Position numbers and translations under genes: made by a program. 64,000 nt of DNA from Lama guanicoe (lineage: Eukaryota). The stretch is taken from the NCBI GenBank assembly GCA_013239625.1, contig MU056050.1, positions 4,078,084 through 4,142,083 of the forward strand, in the 5' to 3' direction. A model generated the notes under the pieces. The model saw nothing but the letters and a program-made list of their open reading frames with translations, ran no database searches and was not told where the DNA came from. Below, piece by piece: positions 25,251 to 38,375 of the stretch (position 1 is its first letter; each line of letters opens with the position of its first letter).

Positions 25251-26254
25251 TAAGTGTTCTGTTAACTGATTTCATTAACTTACTGTGATGAGGCCAGGTG
25301 TCTGATAAAACCCTAGCCGGTTCAGATTTCTTGTCCTTGCCCTGTTGCCTGCCTTTGCCAGATTTCATCCTAGCCTACCTAATTTAACACTTAAAGAGTA
25401 CATTTTTTAAATTGTAGTTTTGAGCTTATGAAAATTTGTTTTAGAACTGAGTTTTCCTTCCAGTATGTTCATAAGTCACAGTGATTTAAGCTGAATTCAA
25501 AATAAATATATTTACCAACCTATAGTATGTTAAAATATGGACCCTCAAGCACTAGGTAATGAACCAAACAAAACAAAAAAAATCAGAAAGAACTTCTTAT
25601 ATTTTAATAAAGAGCCCGGAATTTCATAGAAATAGACACAAGTTAGGTGACATCAAGAGCAGATGGCCTACCATGCCTCTTGAAGATTAGGACAGAATTA
25701 AATATGCAGGGATGAGGCAGGAGTATGATTGAATGGTTTGGGTTGGGATGAAACAGTAAAATAAATGTTTTGTAAATCAGAAAGTAGAAAATAAGGGATG
25801 GTAATGGAAAAATCTATAAAGCAGTGGCATGGGTGAGAATAGACGGGCTGACCCAGCAGCGATTTCTTCAGCATCTAGATTTCCATAGCGTTTTTTGATC
25901 CATCAAAACTATGAACCTCCCAATATTTTTTCTAAGTATGCTGTGCTTAGATTATTATTTTTAACCCTGACACAACCCAGTTACATGATTTTTATATAAA
26001 GGATTATTTGCTATTTTCTGACCAGGTTCCCTCATAATTTTCTCTTAGTTATAATACTTTCAAATTAAAGGTATGCATTTGTAGAATATTGTCAGCAATC
26101 CCTAAAACTCCCCAAATACTATGTGTATGTATATTCAATTTAATTGAAGTGTTGCTGTTTCCACATTGCTTTGCACGGAGTCTTTGAAATTTAGAACTTG
26201 CTAGGAAGACTTCATTTGGAATTGCATGTGGAAAGCATTAATACTTTCACCTAA

Positions 26255-26625
26255 TATTCCAGTTCTCGTCTCCTTAGTGGCACAAGGCAGGACTACATTT
26301 TCTGTACCACCTCCTTGTGGTTGGATGGGGCCATAGCTAGGTCTGGCTTGAGTTGTGAGCCATTTACTTGCCAATGCAGGGCATTTAATATGAGATGAAA
26401 AACCTTTCAGAGTTTTCTTTTGTCTTTCTCAGACAATGACTGATATTGTTCCAGCTGGTGATTGTTTTATCTGCCTGGGTTTCAGAGTAAGGTGACTTTC
26501 CCAGAGTAAGCAGATCCCATAGACAACCAATAATAGACTGGTATCATGGGTGGGAAATGCATTTCTATTGTTCTAAGCTTCTGACATTTTGGAGTTATTA
26601 ATGCAGCATAACAATTTATCATGAT
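26255..26625 (+). mobile_element. MaLR solo LTR (MLT1I/J-like)
   Basis: ggactacatttt..ctccttgtggttggatggggccat; 3' attgttctaagcttctgacattttggagtt..gcagcataac. Confidence 0.75.
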
Positions 26626-28289
26626 GAAATTATGAAATTATTTTGAGCATCACATGCATGCAGTCGTAGTTATCCTGGAAAAAATAATACTACAGCTGCA
26701 ATGATAAAATGTTTTTCATTGTCTCTACATGGTATTCTTTCAGACAGGGTAGGGCTCCATGAATGAAACTGTTTTAGTTAAGCCCAGATTTTTAGTGCTT
26801 AACATTGTATTAGAGAAATACAAGAATACATCAAAAGCATATAGATGTATAGTTTGGAAATAGACTTAAGGTACTATATTGCCTGACACTGTGTGTATTT
26901 GATTGGCTGTACAAAAATTATCTTTCAAACTACTGCTTTCATTTTCTTTTAAATTACCCAAGAACCTCCAAAGTCCACAGAAACAGAAAGGATCTCCTGA
27001 TGTAAGAGGTAGCTAATGACTCTTAAATAATGTGTTTTCTCTCCATCGGTAGACAGGAGGGAACTCATCAGTGCCTATCAAACAGCTCCAGTATGAGACA
27101 ACAAATTGTTACACAGGATCAAAAATTCCTTAGAGAGCCAAGAGAAGTGGCATTAATTGCTACTACTTCTTTTTCCCCTTCCTCTCTGTTTTCTTTCCTC
27201 TCTCTGTCTCTACATATCTTCACATGCACTCATGCCCTGCTGTGACTTGCTTTTAGTTTCCCTACATTTTCATTATATGTTGTAATATAAAGTATTTTAA
27301 GCATTTCTGGAACTAGAAAGTAACAGAAGGACAATACTAATTTATTTGGGCTTATATGGGTTTTAAATTCCCAATTTAAGGGATCTATGGAAATCATTAA
27401 CTTAGACATTTTTTATCTTAATCTGTATGGCTAGTTGGAGTTGACATGGTCTTAACACAAGATTATTTGAAATACTTGTCAGTGGCTTTCCTCAATGCTT
27501 GTTTGATAGTTTGTGAAATGAGAGTTAACACACAAATTGGTAATGCTTTCCAGAATAAACATCATTTTTTCCCTGTAAGTGTATAAAAGACTGAGCAGGT
27601 GCATCTTAAATTGCTTAAAATTCCCATTGCATTCACAAACAAGGAGACAATTAGGGAAAAGCCCTGTTGAGAAGGCAGACCTTCTGAAAAGGGATCTGGC
27701 TTAGTGTTAAAAAGAACAATGAGAATACATAGAAATAGTTCTGAATTTTTCTAGTAGTTGGTTTTACTTCCAATGCAACCAACATTTAATTTCTGAAAAA
27801 TAATAGTGCAATCCCGATGTTTCACTCTTTTTTAACCAAGAAAATATTTTCAAATTACATTATTAAAAAATTTAGATTACTACAAAACATAAATAGCATT
27901 GAAAACTACCTTTCTCCACTGTTCTTTTCCCTCCAACCTCACTTATAAACTTTGAAAGCAGATCTTCATTTAGGGGGGAAGAATGGTAAATGCTGTAGAA
28001 TCACAGATGAGGAAAGGCTTCACTGCGTTTAGGAAGGGCTTCAAATAGGAAGAAGCATTTGAATGATAAAATGTACTAGCTTCTTCTCTGGTATGAAGTT
28101 TTACAGGCAAAGGGAATAAACTGAGACACAGGCAGTGAAATGTACAAAGTGTTTAAGAACACGTGCTCTGCGTAGAGCACATCATGTGAGGGGGAAGTAA
28201 CAGAAGATGAGGCTTGGGAGGAAAGCTGAGCCTTGTATATACCTATTAGTCAGGGTATAATGCAAGAAATACTACTGCTTTAGGTATTT

Positions 28290-28390
28290 AAAAGTATTTT
28301 CCCAGGATCACACAGTTCATCCTTAACAGAATTGAGATTTGAAAGTAGGCAGGCTTTTCTCCAGAGGTTGGGCTCTTGACCACTATGCTG
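28290..28390 (-). mobile_element. MIR fragment
   Basis: cccaggatcacacag..gagatttgaa..gctcttgaccactatgctg. Confidence 0.7.
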
Positions 28391-28637
28391 TGGATAAGTG
28401 TATGGGTAACAGCTTTTATGAAGAAAGTACAAGCTAAGACTCAGGAAGCAAGGGATAATTTTGTAGGATGGCATTATAGTTATTTTGGGGGAAGTAAACT
28501 TTAGATTGAGACTTGAAGTATGTGATTTTCATGCTGAGCAGAGAGGAAGCACAAGGTAGCAAAGAAGAGCAAATATTCTCACACCACATTTCTCTCTTCT
28601 TTCTCTTTTCTCCCTTCCCCTATCTTTTGTTCTCCTG

Positions 28638-28660
28638 CTCTCTCTCTCTCTCTCTCTCTT
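28638..28660. repeat. (CT)n microsatellite
   Basis: ctctctctctctctctctct. Confidence 0.9.
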
Positions 28661-29529
28661 TCCTCCCACCAAAGGCATTCAAGTCCCCAGGCCATCCTAA
28701 TTTTGTTTGTAGTTTAAAAGAAGAGATTGTTTCTGAGATATATTTTGCAGTTAATAGACAAATAGAAACATACAATGTCATACAATGTATTTCATGATTG
28801 TATTTACAAACTGCAAATGTATAGACCCTATTTCTCTTTAGATCTCTCACTATGGTGTTTTTATAATGTGGATCTGCATTACAATTACATTAACAAAGAA
28901 CTCCATCACCATATCTACTTATTACACCCAATTATAAAACCTGAGCTGCTTGGCAAAGGTATTCATTAACCTTTTCAGAGCTTATAATAGGAAATCTAAT
29001 CACATGGAGGTGGTAGACTACATTCTGGAAATGAGTCCAGTTGTCATGTACAGTAAATTTTAATATCCAAATTCTCTGTAAATTGGGCAGTTTCATGAAA
29101 TTGAATGAGAAAAATCTATTTAATCAGCTTAAAAGTATGAAATTTGAATTCATTTACTCTGTAAAACTAATGACTGTATCTGAGATAAATGCTAAAAGAA
29201 CATTTTAACTTTTTATTCTAATTAAACTTCCTGCATTTATTCATTTTATTTCCCTCTATATATTTTAGGGCTTTTAAATTATGATTGCAATTGTATGTTT
29301 AGTAATAAACATTGTTAATTTGTGCCCCTATCCCAACATTCTTTTAAAATACAAAAAGAAAAGTAAGTATCTTGTTTTTAACAAACATGTTTACCTTAAG
29401 TGTCCTATTGCTTCTGTAGTGTGTAAAACACAGGCCAGCCTTGGTGATTTACCATATGTGGAGTACTTTTAATTCAAATGATCTTTTTCTTAAATTTTTA
29501 GCATTGCTTGAATTGATACTACCACACTA

Positions 29530-29592
29530 AATATATATATATATACACATATATATGTATATATATACACATATGTATGTATTTCCGTATAT
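29530..29592. repeat. (TA)n-rich microsatellite
   Basis: atatatatatatatacacatatatatgtatatatatacacatatgtatgt. Confidence 0.9.
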
Positions 29593-29914
29593 AAGAATGA
29601 TTTAGCAATCATAGTTAATTTCAATCTTGAAACTACTTATCTTTTCTGTAACATTTGGCGCTGTTAATAAGTCTCAACTCCTAGAATGTTTCTCTTCTCT
29701 TGTTTTATAACAGTCTCTCTTTTTCTCCTACCTCTTTGAACATCCTTTATTTCTTCCTATCATTTACCCTTTCATTTAATTCTAAACTTCCTTGGAGCTC
29801 TGTGCATGTCCATTTTTGTATTCTTATTCTGACAATCCTTTCTGGGAAACATGATTTCTTCCCTTGTCTTCAGTTTTTACCCATATCCTAATCAAATTGT
29901 TAACTTTCCATTTA

Positions 29915-30030
29915 ACTTCTCATTCATTTATTTAGGAAATATTTTGAACACTTACTACGTGTTAACTATTCTGATGTATGTTGAATTAAACATAGTCCCT
30001 ATCAACTAGGAACTTACAGACTAGTGAAAG
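29915..30030 (-). mobile_element. L2 3' end
   Basis: cattcatttatttaggaaatattttgaacacttactacgtg..catagtccct..ggaacttacagactagt. Confidence 0.75.
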
Positions 30031-31074
30031 ATTCAGGCAAATATATGTGGGGTCTTTTTGTCCAAGGCAAGGGCTTTGGTAGGTACTTTTGTAGTTAGAT
30101 ATACAGGGATGGGGGTGGTGAGCTATAAAATATAAAGTTCTTAAATATTTGAAGAAATATTTGCAGCCAGGGGTTATTTTATTAAAATAATATTTAACCT
30201 GGATATACAAATACATATACAATTTTATAATAGTGACAGAAATATTTTAACATTAGTAATGTACATTATTCATTTTAACAATTTCTAAAAACGAAGCTCA
30301 GTAGTGCCTTATTAACTTATTCTCAGGATATTCAATATGGACATATGATTTCATGTGACGTTATGGAAAATGACAGACATTAACATAGAGATATAAACAT
30401 TCATTATCAGAGTGAGAATTGTCTTCTGTTAAGCATTTCAAAAATATAAGTTGGCGATAGATACAACAAACTTATTCACTTGGCTCTTCACCTATATTCT
30501 TATTCTTACCTATTACAGCTCATTTCATCATTAAATATTCTGAGAATTATTTGGGTTTAAGAAATCTGTGGGCAAAATATTGGCATAGGAAAGACCCCAC
30601 TAATATGATCTTGCTAAAAATGCGTTATTAAATGCCTGAAGCTATTGGCAATGAGTTCTGAAGGCCAATGTGTGAAGGGCAGAGACAACTACCTGCACAT
30701 TTAAATATTCCCATTTCTTAATGCCAGCGCAAGGGAAGTTAAAAGTCAGTCATCAAATGATGCTCTGAATCATATCAGCAATTTCTTATGTAAGTGACAT
30801 GAAAATTGGAGTAGATGGAGATGTGGAAAATTTATGAATTTCAGTGCCACCTGTAAATGCAGTCATGATTTTTGCAATTATATTCTATTTCACCTTTAGT
30901 TGACTAATGGAAGGATACAGATAACTAAAGGATTTCTTGTTAAAAAGCAGAAGAGCAAGACTATCTTTAAAACATCAAGAAACTTAAGTGCTGAAGTGCT
31001 AGCAATTGAGGTTTTAGCCCTGGATATTAATAAATGCTCCTGGAGTAACTTTCTCTCATTATAAGGTTGAAAGG

Positions 31075-31292
31075 AAGAGAAAATGTGGTCAAGAGGATAG
31101 ACTCAAAAGCTAGACAGTATTGATTCAAACCTCAGCTCTCCCACCTATTAGCTGTGTTATCTTGAGCAAGTTATTCAACCTTTTAATGGCTCAGTTTAGT
31201 CATCTATAAAATAAGGACAATAATTAGAATACCTACCTCATAAGGTTGTTGTGAGGATTAGAGAAGATTAATATAGGTAAAAGCACTTACAA
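31075..31292 (+). mobile_element. MIR SINE
   Basis: ttcaaacctcagctctcccacctattagctgtgttatcttgagcaagttattcaacc..cctacctcataaggttgttgtgaggatta. Confidence 0.9.
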
Positions 31293-31399
31293 CATATATA
31301 TATATATAAGCACTTATGACATATACATGTTGCATGCCATATATGTATGTATATATGACATGCAAACTCCTCTTGCCTGTATATAAATAAATATAATTG

Positions 31400-31615
31400 A
31401 ATTCTTAAAACCATCCTATGAGTCAGGTGCTAATATTATCCCCTGTGCCTCATAGGAATTTTTTATGGAGGTAACATTTCCCTTTGTTTTACAAATAAGA
31501 AAACTGGAGAAAAAAAAAACTGAAGTGCAAGGTTACGCAGCTAGGGGGTGGCTTAGTCAGGATTCAAACCCAAGTAACTTGGCTTCAGACTCTTGTGCTG
31601 TTACCCATTGTGGCA
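31400..31615 (-). mobile_element. MIR SINE
   Basis: ccatcctatgagtcaggtgctaatattatccc..ttttacaaataagaaaactg..caggattcaaacccaag. Confidence 0.8.
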
Positions 31616-33519
31616 TGCAACTTCTCATAGAAACTTTTTAGAGAAAAACACCCTAATCCAAACACACTGGAAATTTATTCATGATAAGTAATGAGAAATG
31701 GGAAAGTAGGAAGAAGATGGACAAACACATAGTAAAACAGCCTGAACTTTCAGTAAGCTATTTAAATCAATTCTTTCTATAACTTCCAACTTTCTGCAGG
31801 TTGTCCATAAAAACCCATTAAAATAAAATAACCTGTAGCTTTCATAGCTTTCCTTCAGCCTCATTTGACTCTCTGTTCATAGTATGTCACACTGAATGGG
31901 AGACTTATTTTCTTGAAGTAAAGTGAAATCTAAATTCATCATCCTCAAAGTTATATATATGGAAGGTTATGTACAACTGGCCTTCACATATAATTAGTAA
32001 CTGTGAGTAAAACTCATATATAAAATTACTGCATAGTGTTTGCAAGGATGGTCTAGACAAGGAAAAGTTCCTTTCAAGATAATTTTTATATTTTTGGCTC
32101 CAAATGCTGCACACATATTTACAAAGATGGAATTCAGCCTAATCTTCCAAAGACCTGAATTCCAAAATCTCAAGAAGAAATGGGGAAATGTCAGTGGATG
32201 TAATGGTAGAACTTTTTTTCTGTCACAATTTTAGGTCCTTAATTTATTTTCACATAATATTGGTAAAATCAGTTCCAGCTCCTAAAGTACATGTAGCACT
32301 GGGAAATAGCTTTTATGTTTGTATTATTTTGTTTTAGTAAAATAAATATTTGGCTTGTCTGTATTTTCTGATCAAAACCCTTTCTATCATATATCATACA
32401 GTCTATTATATAAGTCACAGATTATCAGTGAAAATAAAAATGGTCAGGCAATTGAGGACAATGGTAAGAGTGGAGTTTGACTGATTGGCTTTGTGCTGTG
32501 GCATGGGTATGGAGTGATTTTAGTCCAAGAGTTCATTAAAGTAGAATGATTAGAATCTAACTATTTCAATGTGTCTGAAAAAAAGGTTTACTAAGAATAA
32601 GGAGGTGGAAAAGAGATGATCACCAGACAAGGTTATCACAGCTGTGTATCTAGCTTCCAGTAAGATTCTGTGCACATAGCAGTACTTCAGTAAATAATTT
32701 TTGAATGAATATTGTTGTGTATCTGGGTTATCAGTATTGACCTTAATGTAATTAAGGTGTTGGTTGAAGTTGAGGTGAAAGATTCTACATTTACTCTATT
32801 TTTCTTTTCTTCTCTGTTTTTTATACAAGATTTCACATTCTAGTGCAAATGAGATATTTTGGTGAATAAGATGCATCTCAGAATTCTCAAACCACCCCTA
32901 TAACCTTAGTGATTATTCAGTGCATTATCATTAGCACACCTGAGTTTGTATGTGGTAAATCACAAAGCATTGATCTATAGCAGTAATTAGTCAAGATAGT
33001 CAGTGAGTTTTAAAGATGCAGTAAATTATTACTTAGGTTTCTTTATAATAAATATGTCCATTATATTCCTTTAAGTAGGTATGATTTTGTAGAAGGTAAA
33101 AATTATTCAGTAATTCTCCTGGCACAATATTCTAATAGAATGACTGTGTAAATTGTTTGTGTATTGCTAACAAGTGTTGGAATAGTATATCACCAATAAT
33201 TGTTGTGAATTGTCATTAAACATGACAAGATTTCATCTGAATTGTGAGATAAAGCCATGGCTTGGAAAACACATTTTCTGGTACTAAAAAGGAGTGGAAA
33301 TGAAAGAATAGCATCTGAGGACAGTAGTACAGATTCAAGCTTTACCTCTATGTTGCATAATTCACCTGAAAACATATAGTCTGACCATGCTTCTTCAATG
33401 TGATGTTCAAACTGAGTACAAAAGTTTTGCTGGTTTTATGATAACATGATTTTCACATTCTGGACCTTAAAAACATCTCTCAGCTGGCTGGAATAAGGCC
33501 TAAAGTAACTTCTGAAAGT

Positions 33520-35195
33520 CTTAATGGGTGGTGTATTTTCTGAATCCTTTTACATCTGAAGACTTACTTCTATCACCTTCACACATAGAAGTCATCATGG
33601 CTGAATATAAAAGACATGTCAGATCCTTTTGCTACCAGAACTTTAGATGTTGTTATATTGCCTTCAGGACTAAGACGTTACAGATAAATCCAGAGCCAGC
33701 TTTCTTTTTCCTAGATTATGTTTATTATTTTTTTCCCTTCCCAGATGCCTACAAGATTTTAAAATATATCCTTTTAATGTAAGAATTTAACCAGAATACA
33801 TTTAGATACGAGTTTCCTTTCATTATTTTTGCTTGGAACTAAGTAAGCTCTTTTAAAGTACATACATGGGTATTTTTTTTTAGTTCAGAAAAGTTGTCTT
33901 CCACTATATTTTTTATTAGAACTTCTGTTACATTTGTTGTTCAGATATATCAATTAATCACAGGCTAGGTCTCCATTTTCTTTCCTCTGTAGCTATAATT
34001 TTCCCTCTGATTTTCACCTCTTTTTCCTTTTCTCGGGATTCCAGTAAAGCTTCCAAGTTTTTATTCTACGTTACTAGTTTGATTTTCTACAGTATATTTC
34101 TTCTTTTTAGCAACTCCAATATGCATTTTAATTTTGTAATCTTCTATTCCATTTTTAGTTACATTGAAACCCTTCCTTATCTTGCCCTTTTCCCTTTTCA
34201 CCTATTTTTTTTTTTGCCTGCACATCTCAGAATGTTGTCCATATGACTTCGTACTTTTGTATCTCCAAGGCATGTTTTTTCCCCCCCACTACATTTAGGA
34301 TGTTAAAAAGTTTTAAGATATTTTCTTCTGGATCTTGCAGGGACTCATTTTCTGTGATAGTCTCTTCTTTTGAAATTTATGTTCCATTTCCCCAGTCTGC
34401 TGTGATTTTTTTTCATAACCCATGTGGTGACTTTTTTTCTCCTTACTCATTTTCAAATGCAAGTTCTCTTCAGACAAAATATTTAGCAACAGAACCAGCG
34501 AGTTGTTTGCTCTTGGTCCCAGTCTTTGCCAACTCAAAGAATGATTGAATAGCCTTTTTTAGTCCATGGTTAGAAGATAGGTTAATACCCACATATTTTA
34601 GTCTTCTTTCCAGTTTTTAGCTGCTGTGTGCCAAACATAGCTTTGCTTTACCTCAATTACTTTTTCTCTACACTTAACCTTGTTTCATAAGTACAGTAAA
34701 CATTTATAATTTCTAGTACCCAGCTATAGCAGTTTATTTGTGAGTCTTAAATGTTCCCAGGATAAAGTACCTGTCCAGTCATTTTTTTCTGGGAGTTGCT
34801 GTCTTTCAATGAACATAGAAAAACAGATGAGGGTAGGCATACTCTTTTTGCCTCATAAAGTAGCACCTTCATAGTAGAGATATTGTTGTCCTGAGTTCTG
34901 GTTAATATAGATTCTGGGACTCTAGGCCATGGACCATAGTGTAGAGTTGCAAAACCTCATCCATCTTACCCCTACCAATCTTAATTTTATGAAGCAAACT
35001 TTTGCTCATTTCTTAGTCTGGTCCCATTAGCCCAGATACTGCCCTTTTTTGTTTTGTTTTGTTTGCTTGTTTTCATCTTTTGCTCTGTGTGTTCTCATCA
35101 TTTTCTATGGATTCATAATATTTTCATAGGAAGTTGGGAGCAACTTCATCAGGGGCTGAAGTTCAGATATATTATTTTAAGCCAGAAATTGCCAA
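33520..35195 (-). mobile_element. Ancient L1-related element (HAL1 or L1ME ORF1/5' region)
   Basis: ttttctgaatccttttacatctgaaga, tggctgaatataaaa and T-rich antisense ORF1-like sequence; highly degenerate. Confidence 0.65.
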
Positions 35196-36319
35196 CCAAT
35201 TATTCAAGACAGCATATGTTACAGGTGGAGAAAAGAATTTGACAGGATTGATGCAAATAAATCATCACTACTGGAAGAAACCTCTCAGTGCTCTATTATT
35301 GGTTGTTTAATAGTTGCATAATCTTTTTAAACTTATAGAACATCACACACACAAAAAGCTACCTTGATCAATAAATGAAAAACTAGTGGCTCCTTTCAAG
35401 CAATCTCAGAACAGAAATATAGCTTAGAAATCCACTTACAATAATTGTTTCAAGTGGTATGAATATCTCATCTTTCTAACAAAATATAAAATATGTAACT
35501 GGAGTCAATTTGCTTAACGCGTGAAGGCTGTAGTAAGAGTTAAAGTTTAACTTTGCAGTATTAATGAACAATTTATGAATTCGTACTTCACCTTGACAAC
35601 ATGAAAGTATTACTAGGTACATTAAAAATACGTCCTTATACATATAAGAGTTTAGTTACCAAAGACCTCAAACACTCTGCTTACATTAGCTGCCTTTTCC
35701 ACACTATACCTAGAAAGGAATATCACTTTATCTTCCATATGCCTCATCCTCATCATATCATCTGCTAAATCCAAGCTGGCATCATCATCAGATGGGAGTA
35801 GACTCCTTCAATGCCTTCCTTGTACTTTGTATTAGTAGCCAGCAGCTCTTTCGCTTTGCCCAAATTGTCAAGTCCATCTGCCATTAGCCTCTCCAGCTCA
35901 TTATGCCATCTGCCAGTCAGTGACCTATCACTCCCCGTGGTCTGGATGCCACATTGTATGTGTCTGGCATCTCCAAATATTCCCTACTGTCTCACATTCT
36001 TTCAGAATATAGAGAAATGACTCAACCTGACATTTCAAATCTAGCTAGAGCTGGAGCAAAAAGAACTGGTATTTTACCCTGTGAAGCATTCCAACTATTC
36101 AACGCAGTAAGTATTTTCTCAAAATAGCAGTGGAGTGTTTCACTGTAGAATAAGATGGTCGGGATTTTTTTCCAGGGAATACCAACTGAATGGGAGGCAA
36201 ATATTCATTTATATTCAATGACTTGTCTGAGTAAATATGAGAGCAATTTTGAAAGGGGTATATGTTTAAAGGCTTTAAGTTAAAATAACATTACTGGGAG
36301 ACAGTACAGAGTAGAAAAG

Positions 36320-36500
36320 GAAACACAGGATTTGCAGTAAGAGAGAAATGATGGAATGTCAGATCTCTCCTACTAGTTCTAGGACCTTGCACAGTGTTTT
36401 TGGTCTTTCTGAGTTTTAGTTTATTCATCTGCAAAATGGGGGTAAAAACATACCTCACAGGAGTGCTGCAGGAATTAACTAAAACCATGTACCCTGATAC
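36320..36500 (+). mobile_element. MIR fragment
   Basis: tttctgagttttagtttattcatctgcaaaatgggggtaaaaacatacctcacagg. Confidence 0.75.
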
Positions 36501-36564
36501 ATTATATTAATTTTTTTAAAAATTGCATTGAGTGAAAGATTTGTTAAATTCTGTAGTGCTTTAC

Positions 36565-36775
36565 AATCTTCAAAACTTTGACACACATGATTTCATATAA
36601 CCCCATAATAACCCTTTTCCCCCCTACCCCTACATTGTCCCTCCCTCTTCCCTCTCCCCACTGGGAACTACTAGTTTGTTCTCTATATCTGTTTGTCTGC
36701 TTCTATTTTGTTTTATTCACTAATTTGTTGTAATTTTTAGATTCTACATATAAGTGATCTCATGCAGTATTTGTC
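36565..36775 (-). mobile_element. L1 3'-end fragment
   Basis: ctctccccactgggaactactagtttgttctctatatctg..ttttagattctacatataagtgatctcatgcagtatttgtc. Confidence 0.85.
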
Positions 36776-38269
36776 ATTATGTTAATTTTAGTACACTTTA
36801 AGTCATCAATTACTACTTAGTTGGTTTTTAGGAGCCAACACAAAAAAAGTTACTCACGTTAACTAAGTGACTAACTCCTGGAGAGTAACTTGGGCACTGA
36901 GAAGAGAGTCCCCTAGAGTACAAATGAGCTTCCTTTTATTTTTCATATTGAGTTCTGGTATTTCAATGGAGGTTAGGTAACAAAATATAGTGATACCCCA
37001 CCAACACCCTGAAACCCTCTATATATTGTCATAAGTCTGTTTAGTGGGCATTGGTATCTCTAGCTCAATTTAAAATTTGCATTACTTCATTTGTGATGGG
37101 TTGGGGGATAAAAGAACCACTGAACTGAACGAGAGATCATCGACAGCTGTATCAAAGATGGCAGCAGAAAATCTTCAAATCAAAACACACACACACAGAT
37201 GTTTTAAAATGAGAAAATACACCAGAACGTTATTTTGAAATACCCATTTACTAAAAAATAACATTCATTATTTAAATATCATGAAAAACAATTCAGTGAA
37301 GCTCTGATGAACAAACTGTGATCCTGTTATACCAAAGTTCACTGAATAAATAGATAAAAGAAGCATACATCTCCTAACCACAAAACTCATGAAGATGAAA
37401 CAGTTGTACAAACTTTTGCTTTATATTGTAGCAAAGGACCATTTTCCTGATGTGTAGAATGGCAATTATGATATTCTTTATAAAATCATTGGGGAAATTA
37501 TGGCATATTTTAACAAACTGCATGCTAAACACACTGCAGTACAAGTAAAATGAATATACATATCTAAGCTCTACACAGACATATGCATCTATATATAGGT
37601 ATGCATAGACAGAATACTTCCCTATTTTGCTTAAGATTTTTTAAAAATTTCCCTTTTATTTGAGCGAAGAAAATATTCAATGTAATGTATGCAGATCATG
37701 TAGTGGCATGCAACTTAAGATGACCAACACCAACAAATATCTCTCACTGCCTTAGGTGCTATCTACCACAGCCAGAACTCTCAAAGACAATACATTGAAG
37801 ATGATTCCTAAAAATAGAAAACATTACCTCATGAGTACCAGAGATGGAACAAGAAAAAACAGTAAAAATGTAAGGGCAATATTTTGGACAGGCCTAGATT
37901 GCCTGCCATGATATGTGCATGTAGTTAACCCCTGTCCTATATCTCCTTACATAATACCTGGAAGTTTTGCTATATCTCTTGGCAATATTAAACACTATTA
38001 CTAACTAGTTAAATCACATTGCTTTCTTAAAATTTCTTACTACAGATCTTCGCACTAAGGGGATGGAAATATTTTTTAAATGATACATTTTTTGAGTAAA
38101 GAGAGTATTGATCAAAACTTTCTCTTTTAACACTTTTGTGTTTTTTAATTACTTTATAATGTAGAAATACATATACATGCATATAAATACATGAAACTAC
38201 AGCTTTTAATCTCCCCAGGATGCCCTGTTTCTAATTTCCAAGTACTTTATAACCAATCTATATTTTTTC

Positions 38270-38375
38270 AATGACAGCATTTATTTAGCACCTGCTTAAA
38301 TTGGGGCACTATGCCTGGTGCTAGGAAAAGAAAGAACAAAATGTGGCTCCTGTCATCATGGAGCTTGTAGAATTA
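38270..38375 (-). mobile_element. L2 3' end
   Basis: cagcatttatttagcacctgct..ggcactatgcctggtgctagg..ctcctgtcatcatggagcttg. Confidence 0.7.

Noticed and set aside
27030..27245. 71-aa ORF / possible exon
   Set aside because: Weak acceptor, no donor, runs into low-complexity CT sequence.
33190..33375. Minus-strand ORF with nearby splice-like sites
   Set aside because: No recognisable peptide; splice combinations give stops or weak donors.
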